Below, in pieces: positions 11,729 through 22,511 of a stretch of 64,000 nt of DNA. Position 1 is the first letter of the stretch. The number at the start of each line of letters is the position of its first letter. Source of the DNA: Priapulus caudatus. Taxonomy: Eukaryota. The position numbers and the translations under genes are program-made. The stretch spans positions 826,365 to 890,364 of the forward strand of contig NW_014577061.1 of NCBI RefSeq assembly GCF_000485595.1, in the 5' to 3' direction. Below the pieces are notes generated by a model. It made no database searches. It was not told the origin of the DNA and was given only the letters and a program-made list of their open reading frames with translations.

Positions 11729-11969
11729 ATGAATACAACTAGGGAAACGCAACTTGACTTGATGAGAGCAGAAAATAGAGAAGGCAACGATGATTGTGGA
11801 AGTGAAAACGACGATCTTGAAGTGGTCACTATACAAATACCTGGTCCGGACAGTCAGAGACGAGCGGCGTGGGGAAACAAAATGCAGTTTTTTTGTGCTC
11901 TCGTCTCTTACGCAATTGGACTGGCAAACATATGGAGATTTCCGTATCTTTGTCAACAAAATGGAGGAG
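11729..11969 (+). CDS. SLC6 copy B exon 1 (SLC6A15/17-like Na+-dependent neutral amino-acid transporter; TM1)
   Basis: ATG at 11729; [40 protein letters not shown]6 TM1 signature; phase-1 donor GTAACA at 11970. Confidence 0.92.
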
Positions 11970-12077
11970 GTAACATTGATCATATACATTTTTTAACACT
12001 AACAGTCTAACGATCGTGGCGATCACATAATTATATACAGGGGCGGCGCCAGGGTATTTTCTTAGGGGGGGCGAAAC

Positions 12078-12183
12078 CAGGGGCGTGTACAGGAGCATTT
12101 TTGAAATTAGACCCCCTCAGATGCGTTTTCTGCGCGAGCAGGGGGGGTCCGGACCCCCTGGACCCCCCCTGTACACGCCCCTG
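12078..12183. mobile_element. CAGGGGCGTGTAC MITE family (related pieces at 10614-10641, 14116-14291, 33638, 33855-34470, 36026-36140, 55985-56167)
   Basis: TIR CAGGGGCGTGTACAGG / CCTGTACACGCCCCTG with a shared internal CAGATGCGTTTT motif; hAT-like termini. Confidence 0.7.
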
Positions 12184-13739
12184 GGAACTGTAGACTGATA
12201 CCGTGTGCGCTTGCACTGACGGGTGGAGTCCAGGGGGTAGATTCATGATTCATCAAGCTGCGTACGCAAAATATTTTGCGTAAATCTTGTGTAGCCTACG
12301 CAATCGACGTTGCTTAGTTGCGATTCATCAACACAGCTATTTAGTAAATTTTCGTATGATTTCGCGTACGCAAGCGAGGCCGTTTTAGGTGCGATTCATC
12401 AAGCTAAAATTTACGTAAACCTTTGCGTAACTTTACACGAGCTGACGAGGTGCCGTAAACCACTCGAAATTTCCGCAGGTGTTTCCAGCATACCGCAGCA
12501 TGCATTATTTTATTGAGAAAACATTATAAAATATACTCAACTAAAATAAATAAATAATACCATATACACAGCACAGCGCGCGCCTCTTGCCGCACGCTTT
12601 TCTGTCATAGTGGCATTGTTTCTTATAGCGAAGTCCGTAGTTACCGGTAACGTGCACCACCCGCGGCGCATATGCGTCACACGCCACGCACTTTACGTCA
12701 CACAACCACCGCACCGTGTACGTACACACGCACCGCACGCGACGCCATTTACAGTAGCGCAACCACGCCACGCTGACGTGCACACGCACGCACTTGTACG
12801 GCACACACAGCACGCACGCATGTGTACAGTGCACACGCACCCGCACGCACGCCGTACGTGTTGCTGCTTCATCGCAGGTTGGAACACAATCATACAAACG
12901 AAAATGAGCGACAACATCCACATCCTCCAGCACTCCCTGTAGACAGCTAAAGCCATATGTATTTTACATAGCAAAAGAGCGTCAGTTTTGTATGTCAGTG
13001 TCGCAGAGCTGACTTGGTTTATGCTAGGCGTGCCCCTCAACACCAGCAGCACGATGCGGAGTGATCACCACTGAATTCATCACATCTTTGCGTACCAGGC
13101 TACGCTCCAAGTTGTATGATCGCACCTCACGAGCTTGGCGTACGTACTGGTAGATAGAAACCGTTACTCAATTACACTTTGCGCAACCGTATGAATTCCC
13201 GCTGGGCCCAAGCGGCGCCCGCTTAGCTGCCCCCTGCAGGGTCCGGGGAACCCCTCTCAGCAGTTAGCTAAGCAAAGCCTCGAATTGCTGACAAAAAATG
13301 GTGCAGCGGAACCAAGAGCAACATATACCAAGAGATGAAACCCGGGGCGAGGCTCAACCCCACATTTGGTAGGTAGCTGGTATCTGCCACTACAAGTAAA
13401 ATGGGTGGGGCTCTGGAACTAACTCAGACGCAAATGTGGTCTCTGAAACTAATGTTTGTTGAATTTGTATGCTCTGAACGGCTCCATGTTCGAAACATGG
13501 GTCTCTGAACTACCTAGATTTTCCTTGACAATGCAATGCTTTCTGAAACTGGACATTAAAAGAGGGGGTCTCCGGAACTAGGGGAACAGTGGATTCTTTA
13601 AAATCTATCTGTAGCACTACAATAATTCTTTTATGTAGGTAGACGAAAAACATGACCGGAGAGAGTGCATAACGAACGTCATACGCACACGCACACACAC
13701 ACACACACCACACATCGCACGCTAACACACACTAACTAA

Positions 13740-14043
13740 AACTAGACAGAGGGCAACTCACGGAGAGAGCCATACCTCCGCCAGCGACATACGTTACACG
13801 ACTCCACGAACACACAGAAAACCCACGATATTACGCCAGGTATCTGCTCGCCGCTCAACAGCAGCAGCCGGACTGCTGCTGGCTCGTCCGCGTACGCGCT
13901 TAACTATCAATCGCGTCATCCACACACACACACACATCACACACCATCACACACACACACACACACACACACAACCACACACACACACACACACGACACA
14001 CACACACACACTACACACACACACACACACACCACACAACACA
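13740..14043 (-). mobile_element. Helentron-type non-autonomous element (degenerate) followed by (CA)n
   Basis: AACTAGACAGAGGGCA-hairpin-ATACCTCCGC end shared with 52086 and 61159. Confidence 0.6.
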
Positions 14044-15019
14044 TAGGCCCTACCACCCTTTGATTCTGGGGGGGGTTCGTTTGTTCAATGTTCGCAATTT
14101 GCCTCGGCACGGGATGCCGTGTACAGGGATTTGTACCGGGGGTCTAACGTACAACACCAAAGTTCGAGCACCAAGGGGGTCTGGGTCTGGCGTCCCAGAA
14201 TTTTTTAAAATCTACACGCCCCTCAGATGCGTTTTGACTGCGCGAGCAAGGGGGCCGGGCACTCCCTAGACCCCCCCTGTACACGCCCCTGCTCTCGGCG
14301 CGAAGACGGACCAGGGAAGGACAAGGCGAAGCGACCGGAGCCAGCCCGAACAGCAGCGAGGAGCAAGCGACCCGAGCGCGGGGACGGTGTGGGAGGGGCG
14401 TGTTTAGCACCGTTCTACCCCTCCGCCATGATTGGCAGATTTTCCAATTATTACACTAAAATGGAGCGACCTGAGCGGTAAATCTTGCCAAATTTCAACA
14501 ACAACAAAATTTTGTTGGGGGGAGGCTCTTTCCTTTTCTTTTCTTTCTTTTCTTTCTTTTTCTTTTCTTTTTCTTTTCTTCTCTCTTACTTCTTCCTTTT
14601 CTTCGCCCAAATATAGGGGCGACCCGCCCCCCCCCTGCCCCCTGCTGCGCCCGGCCCATGATTATATATATATATATGTATATTATATACATAAATATAT
14701 ATAATAATACATTAATGTGATCCCACGATTATATATATAGTATATAGTATATATAGTATATATATATATTCGAACTAGTAATGATACTGCAATCCGTCGT
14801 GTTGATCTCTCGATCTCTCTCTTCGTCTAACGCTGTAGTCTCCTTAGACTTTGAAGACTACCATCATGTGTATGCGATTATGAGGTTATAGTGGCAGAAA
14901 AGAATGAACACAGATTTATGGAAATGATAGTGTAGTATCATGTCAAAGCGACCGTCATTCGACATCGTGAACGCTAGCTCGACGAGTGTGTGTGTGTGTC
15001 TATACTGTAATGTCTATAT

Positions 15020-15785
15020 TCCGGGGACACTCACCTCACATTATGATAGGTATGTGCCACTGCGAAGTTAAAAACGAGGGGCTCTGGAGCTAACTCAGAC
15101 CTAAAAATGGGGGTCTCTGGAACTAATGTTTGTTGAATGTGGGATGCTCTGAAACTGGCTATGTTCGAAAATGTAAACTTGTGCGAAGTGATTATTTCCC
15201 CGGCAAGCCGGACAACTAAGCCAAGGAATCAAACTGGCTTCTCCGGCAAAAAGCAGACTATGCCGCCAAACTGAATGCCGAAACTGAAACTGATAAGCCC
15301 TTGGATAGGCAACTAGGTCCTATAACACAAAAGACATGACGGGGATGTCAGACATTGCTAAAGACGTGTACAGAGGCACACCCTATTCTGCTGAGATTAG
15401 GGTTAGATACATCCTGATACATGGCTGGGTAGACCACGTGGCCGTCTTCCTGCCTAATACATACAGCGGCGGCGGGACACTTCGGTCTGCCGGAGAATTT
15501 AACTATGATTTTCAGCACTGCTTCTACGGCAAAGCCGGAGTAGCAGTGCTGAAAACGTACACTTGTTTCTCCGGCGCCGGAGATCTAACAAGAAAATTTG
15601 TTCTTAATTCTCCGGCGGCCGGAGAAATAACGATGGTTTTTACCGCTGCTTCTCCGGCGGCCGGAGAAATAATACCAGCCAAACTTGTGATGCTTTGGAA
15701 CGGAAGTTTAGGGTAAAAAAGGAGGTCTCTCCCGCGGCACATACCTACCATGCAATATATATGAAGTGCACCCGCCCCCGGGGGG
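15020..15785. mobile_element. GGAACT-repeat MITE family member (larger sibling 18588-19930; fragment 13370-13620)
   Basis: Ends CCGGGG..CACTC..TAGGTATGTGCC / GGCACATACCTA..GTGC..CCCCGG; internal GGGTCTCYGGAACT repeats. Confidence 0.6.
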
Positions 15786-15893
15786 TCTATATACCTCTGC
15801 TATCAATCTGCGACGGTTTGTTAGTACTGATGTATACTCATACACAATACTCATGCAAGTTAGCTCGATATTCATGTTCTCTATTATTTGCAG

Positions 15894-16357
15894 GTGCCTT
15901 CATAATACCATACATTATCATGTTGGGTTTAGAGGGAATTCCACTCTTTTACCTCGAGCTTGGAATAGGACAGAAGCTGCGCAAAGGCAGTATAGGAGTG
16001 TGGAATGAAATCCATCCATTTCTAGGAGGTGTTGGAATCTCAAGTTCCATCTTAGGATTTATCCTTGGTGTTTACTACAACGTGATCATAACTTGGTGTC
16101 TGTATTACCTGTTTAGCTCATTCCAAAAACGGCTGCCATGGGCAGAGTGCCCCGTTGACAGTAGTAACAATAACACAGTTGTGCACGAGTGCCATATCAG
16201 CTCAGCAACGTCGTACTATTGGTACCGAGATGCATTGAACATATCGCCGAGTATTGAAGAATTTGGTGGAATACAGTGGAAGATGGCTGGATGCCTATGT
16301 CTAGCCTGGATTATTGTTTTTTTCTGCATAATGAAGGGGATAAAGTCATCAGGCAGG
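15894..16357 (+). CDS. SLC6 copy B exon 2
   Basis: tttgcag acceptor; GAFIIPYIIMLGLEGIPLFYLELGIGQ...KGIKSSGR; GTAAGT donor; 464 nt, phase 1 to 0. Confidence 0.95.
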
Positions 16358-17373
16358 GTAAGTACCTCCAGATGTTTGTTTTTGTTTTGTTATTATTATT
16401 ATTATTATTGTTATTATTATTATTGTTGTTGTTGTTGATATCACATTTGTGTGCATGTCAATGTTCACCTTATCATCAACTGTTTATTATGTATTCCTGA
16501 TATAAATGCGTAGAAAAGGACATTAATGATAAAATCAGGAGTGAATAATAATACAGTGTATTATTATTCACTCCTGATAAAATGTTATAAATGTCTATCT
16601 ATAACTATCATGCAGTAGCTGACTTGAGTGCATACACATGCGGTAGACTTATATTTGCAGGCACTCATACGAACACACACACACACATTCACACTAGGTA
16701 GGTAGGCTAAGTAGAATGCCTATTAAATTGTTCATTCATCCGGCCTTGATCAATTATGCATCATCTCCCTCTGCGTCCTTTCTTGTGCATGGTCTATGTC
16801 TCTCACCTGCTAGCTAGTTTACGACGTTCGTATATAGCCAACAAGTAAGGTAATTCTAGTTTTCTCCTCAAATGCTTGCTAAATAATTTCGCTGAAAAAT
16901 GCAGGATGCAAAATTGTCCACTTTGTCCGTTTTGGCTAATAAATGCTAACTTAGCAAATCCTCTACATATCTAATATGTACACTAATTGTATACATAGAT
17001 GGAATTACACTATAATAAAATTGTTTTAACAAAGTACATGTTTAACCAAACTGGATGATTGTAACCCTATATAGACCGTTTTGTAAAAAACACGCTTTCT
17101 CAGTTGGTAAATGAAAATGTCAGTTGTATAGGATTGGAATACAGATATAAAGTTCAACAAATTCATTTATTATGTTCATTTCATAGTAAATCGTCGACTT
17201 CATTTTTAAGTATATGACGCGATCTGACAGGATAAGCAATGTGCCGCACCCCAGCTCAGTTTGTCAAATGTGTTTTCCATGTTCACTTCGTCTACGATAC
17301 CTGTGCTATCACTGAGGCGGATAATACCTGTGCTATCATTGAGGCGGCATCGCCCACCAAAATGTCTTTATTA

Positions 17374-17537
17374 AAGGGCCGGACACACTAGGCGATTTTA
17401 ATGCGATCTAAAGGGCCGGACGACTTAATCGGCGGCGACTGACTGGACACATTAGCCGATTTTCACCGGCGATTGAGTTGCCCGACTGTGTCGCCCGACT
17501 GTGTCGCCCGATAAAATCGCATAGTGTGTCCGGCCTT
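17374..17537. mobile_element. Harbinger-type MITE
   Basis: TIR (A)AGGGCCGGACACACTA / TAGTGTGTCCGGCCTT with TTA flanks. Confidence 0.7.
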
Positions 17538-18700
17538 TTACTCCTGAAAATAGCTGTAGCCACAAGAATTTGCCAGCAGCGTGCTTTTATCCTCATGTTA
17601 TTTGCCGTAAGATCCTATACGTAGTTGTTATCGCTATGTAACGCAGCCATTCGCTGTAGCGTGGGTGATCTCTACGGATAAGGTATACGGTAAATCGCAG
17701 AGAAGAATTTAAGGTATATAGTGGTTATACCGGCAGCAGGGGTCATGCGCATACTTATTTTATTATCAGCCTATTCTGGGCGCTACAGTACACCCAGTCC
17801 TGACTGCCAGTGTATGTAAATGGTATGTGAAAAGGATGGGTGGCATGGCATGTGTTTCAGCGTGTGATTCCTCATACTTTCCTTTTATTCCGTCACATCC
17901 AGTACAAGCTGTGCGATGCAAATACGCCATATCAAATACATATTTATATGTTGTTCTGTGTATTCGAGCTAATGCACGTTATGCTTATTAAGCATCTCGC
18001 AACTGCACGTTGTTTCCGTTCAGAATGCTGTAATTGTACTTGCCTGACGCATTCACCCTGGAATGGCTTTAAGTTTTTATAGATAAACTTTAGCAATAGT
18101 GAGAGCATAACTCTGAATTACGGAACACTTTCACTATACTACTTACAACGTGTAAGTGTAATTTACGGTTTATAATACAAAACTGATCTTCTGATTGATG
18201 GAATTTACACATTGTATGTAATAATTATATCACTATTAGAAAAACGAATAGGCACATTGCTAATTTAGAGGTTACTCTCGATATTGAACGATTGATAAAT
18301 GGTGCTATACACACCTTGGTGGGTGTAATGTAATTAACGTAGGTATAGTTTGAACAGCGATGGGCTGCCATTAGCATGTATGGGTAATAATGAAGCACAG
18401 TTTTGGAGATATTAACATAATTTTAACTTCTTTCAACTGCTTGTGGTTATGACATTCTCTACAGGGGTCAACAGGAAACTCACAGAAAGATAGAGACAGA
18501 TCCATCTTTCTGTTAGTTATTGTGCACCGTGGTGTGCGTGCGGTGAAATTGTATAGTGCAGAGGTCTGAGCATTTGAACGCCATTTACGGGGGGGGGGGG
18601 CACTCCTTACAAAATAGGGTAGGTATGTGCCACTTGAGAGATGGAATTGGGGGGCTCCGATGCTAACAGCACATCAAAATGGGGGGCTCTGGTACTCATA

Positions 18701-19529
18701 CCCCCGTCAGTCCGGGGTGGCGTCTTCACTGCGCTGCTACGGTGACGGAAAATGGTCGCCATAAGCGTAGTATAAGCGTGGTGGAAACGCCAGACATCGT
18801 GCTGTGGTCGCCATGGTCGCCAATGATCGCCGAGTCACGGCGTTTGTTTTGAGCATGTTCAAAACAAACGCCAAGGTTCGGCGATCTGACCTGGAACGCG
18901 GTGAGAACGCGGTGGGGTCGCGAAGGTCGTGAGACAAGCGTCGTAACATCTTCATGAACGTAGTACACGCGCAGTACACGCGTGGCAAAGACTGCAAAAA
19001 TTGTAACATTTGCAACGGCGACTTTATGTATCTGTCTCATCCGATCTGCCGAACTGTTTCATGCCGATCTGTCTCGGCCACGGCCACGGCCTCGGCCTAT
19101 GGTAGCTTGTTTCTTCGGCATCGTGTTTCTACTCAGCAAACGCACAACTATACAGTTGAAATCTCCGAAAATCTGACCAGCTTATATAGTCGCCGTGAGA
19201 ACGTGGTAGAAACGCCGTGAGGTCGCCGTGCAGTCGCGATACACGTAGAAGACGCGTGGTAAGAACCCCATGAGCGTGGTGAGAGCGCCGCGGGAACGCC
19301 GGTGATCGCCGTTGCTAAGCCCATAGATCTCAATAGAAACGCCATAAGCGCGGAAAGGTCGTGGCGGGCGCGCCGTGAGAACGCGGTATGATCGCACAGG
19401 TCACGGCTTTTTTTCAATTTTGTAATCTGTTGGGCCTTTTTCTCGCGTTGTGTTCACGTTTGCCGGCGACCTTGTATATTTTCTGGTCGCCGTACGGTCG
19501 CGGATGGTCGCCGTCCAGTCTGACGGGGG
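18701..19529. mobile_element. Non-autonomous DNA transposon nested in the 18588-19930 element
   Basis: TIR CCCCCGTCAG / CTGACGGGGG flanked by TA; GC-rich interior. Confidence 0.7.
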
Positions 19530-19840
19530 TATCACAGCACATCAAAATGGGGGTCTCCGGAACTAGGGTTTGCTATAAAGTATGATGCTCCGGAACTGGA
19601 CATGTTTGCGAGAGGGGGTCTCCGGAACTTGCGGGAAGAAGTAGGACATATATGCGCAGAGACGAAAAATATATGAAAAGGGAGAGGGGGTCTCCGGAAC
19701 GGGAAATATGTGAAAAGGGGGGTGTCCAGTGCGGAAAAAGTAATATCTATGCTCCTGGACGAGAAATATGTGAAAAAAGGAGGTCTCCGGTCCGGAAATA
19801 TCGAGGAGAAAAGGGCGATCATAACCGCGGCACATACCTA

Positions 19841-19890
19841 CAAGCGCGTATCAAGAAGGCTTGAAAAGAAGGCTTCTTAATACGCTCTTG
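19841..19890. mobile_element. 50-bp CAAG...CTTG micro-element
   Basis: Imperfect 18-bp TIR; 7-bp TSD ATACCTA; empty site in a sibling repeat at 15741-15747. Confidence 0.8.
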
Positions 19891-20615
19891 ATACCTACCA
19901 TGCAATAGGGAGTGCCCCCCCCCCCCGGGGACTCGTCTATCTATCCTAATATGGAGCCCTATTTTTTCTTTGTGTGTATATATAAAACTTGCACGTGCAG
20001 AAGCTAATTGTAAAGTTATGTGCACATAACTGATATACATGTACACGAATTCAGTAACGGCTGCGTAACATATGCTGGAATTAATTAGGCTCCCGTTTCA
20101 TAATAGTGAAAGGGCTATCACGATGCTTGGCGAATCTCTGGTGACATGTTGAGTTTCTGATATTTGCATCAATACGTTTGCATCACAGTTGCAAAATATA
20201 GTAGTGTAAATTTATCGTTAATTTAGGTGCAGTATGTTCGCGGTGGAGCCATAATTAATTGATCCCAAGTTATTGTCATTGTGCTGCATATATGAATGTT
20301 TTAACCTCTATGAGGGGAAATTCATATTCCGTAATACGTATCACAGAATAAGAAACAACAATTTTAATCATAATATGTGAATGCTTCCAGCTTATCTTGT
20401 TTGAAGTAATTTGTTATGGAAACGACACGCCTCGCGATCGATAACATAATTAAGAGCTTCGAACATGTATATAGGTAGAAAGAAGAAAAACGCCAAGTTG
20501 CCTGCATAAAGTCGATAGTGTAAACCCAGCTTTAGTGTTAATGAATGTAATGTTGTATATGTTGCATTTTTGACAATTTTATTATATGGTTTGAGAGAAG
20601 CACTATCAGTATAAT

Positions 20616-20655
20616 CAGGAGTTAATAATGACAAGTTTGGCATTATTAACTCCTG
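20616..20655. mobile_element. CAGGAGT-family micro-element
   Basis: 40-bp near-palindrome; TSD GTATAAT. Confidence 0.75.
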
Positions 20656-21181
20656 GTATAATCTATAAGGTTGGTGATTTATTACGTAGGTATAGTGTAC
20701 ATGTATGTAGATTGTAGATGCACAGGTGTACATTACAGTAGAATAATAACACGACCTTCACCGAGGTCACAGTCCACACAACCACGCAGTCTCGCGTCTT
20801 CACCGAGTAGTTACGTCAAGAAATGCAATTCTGTTCAGAAGGCTCATGAAGTTTGACGCATGTAACGCTGTCATCTCGTATACCCCAAGAGCCATGTAGT
20901 GAGAGCTATTTGTTTGTAATTGTGAAATATTTCGCCAGATTAAATTAAGCTTTTAGTGTTCGTCATAGTTCAAGTGATTTGTGGGCGAGCATAAATTTTG
21001 ACACCATGGGATTCGCATGGGGTGACCAGCAGCTGTGTGCAGATTGCACGTTTATAGCTTCTGCATGGTGTGTGTACAGAATTAATTAAGCATGCATCTC
21101 TTTGCTGCATTGCTATAGTAGCTGACACCAAAGATGAACATACACTAGTACTAAAATTGGCATATATATACAACATGATAT

Positions 21182-21213
21182 CAGGAGTGTATCAATATAT
21201 TGATACACTCCTG
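21182..21213. mobile_element. CAGGAGT-family micro-element just upstream of the exon 3 acceptor
   Basis: 32-bp perfect palindrome; TSD ATGATAT. Confidence 0.8.
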
Positions 21214-21237
21214 ATGATATATATTCTTCTACTTCAG

Positions 21238-21348
21238 GTAATGTACTTCACTGCTACGTTTCCGTACATGGTCCTGATCATATTCTGTGGCCGTGCCCTC
21301 ACCTTACCTGGAGCAGGAATCGGACTATCCTACATGTTCACACCGGAT
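21238..21348 (+). CDS. SLC6 copy B exon 3 (TM5)
   Basis: cttcag acceptor; [43 protein letters not shown] donor; 111 nt. Confidence 0.95.
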
Positions 21349-21651
21349 GTGAGTACATGCCGAGTGACGTATTCTATTTATTTCTTGTTTTAGCACCTCC
21401 CTATCTCACTACCCCACTCGTTTCATCACTGTATCCCCACTCGAAACCGTAATTAGTCCTAAAAATGTTTAATAGTCGGCCGTGTAGGGGCAGTGACAGG
21501 GCAGAAGGGTATCCCCAGTAATGTCAGCGGTAGGGTGTATTAACGGATAAAGATACTTAGATAAGATACCTATAAGCTCTCGAGTAGTCATCCTTCAATC
21601 AATATGGAGTTTCAGAACACTTCAATGGGGAACGAAACGTCGGGTTAAACC

Positions 21652-22511
21652 GTGCGTGTACGTACAGACGCCCGCACGCCCGCACGTGGACGTGCACACG
21701 CACGCACGCACGCACGTGTGTGTGCGTACACACGTACGCACGCATGTGTACGTGCACACGCACGGACGCACGCACGCACGTGTACGTACACACGCACGCA
21801 CGCCCGCACGTGTACGTGCACACTCACGCACGCACGCACGTGTGTGCGTGCACACGTACGCACGCATGTGTACGTGCACACGCACGGACGCACGCACGCA
21901 CGTGTACGTACACANNNNNNNNNNTACGTGCAAACGCACGCACGCACGCACGTGTACGTGCACACGCACGCACGCACGTGTACGTGCACACGCACGCACG
22001 CACGTGTGTGCGTGCACACGTACGCACGCATGTGTACGTGCACACGCACGGACGCACGCACGCACGTGTACGTGCACACGCACGCACGTACGTGTACGTG
22101 CACACGCACGCACGCACGTGTACGTGCACACACATGCACGCACACGTGTACGTGCACACGCACGCACGCACGTGTACGTGCACACGCACGCACGCACATG
22201 TACGTGCACACGCACGCAAGCACGTGTACGTGCGCACGCACGCACGCACGCACGCACGTACACGCATGCACGCACGCACGTATACGTGCACACGCACGCA
22301 CGCACGCATATGTACGTGCACACGCACGCACGCACGTATATGTGCACACGCACGCACGCACGCACGCACGCAAGCACGTATATGTGCACACGCACGCACG
22401 TGTACGTGCACACGCGTGCACGCGTACGTGCACACGCACGCACGAACGTGTACGTGTACGTGCACACGCACGCACGCACGCACGCACGCACGAACGTGTA
22501 CGTGCACACGC
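21652..22511. repeat. (CACG)n / GTGTACGTGCACAC complex minisatellite
   Basis: Alternating purine-pyrimidine repeat; source of many spurious ORFs; contains an N gap. Confidence 0.95.
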
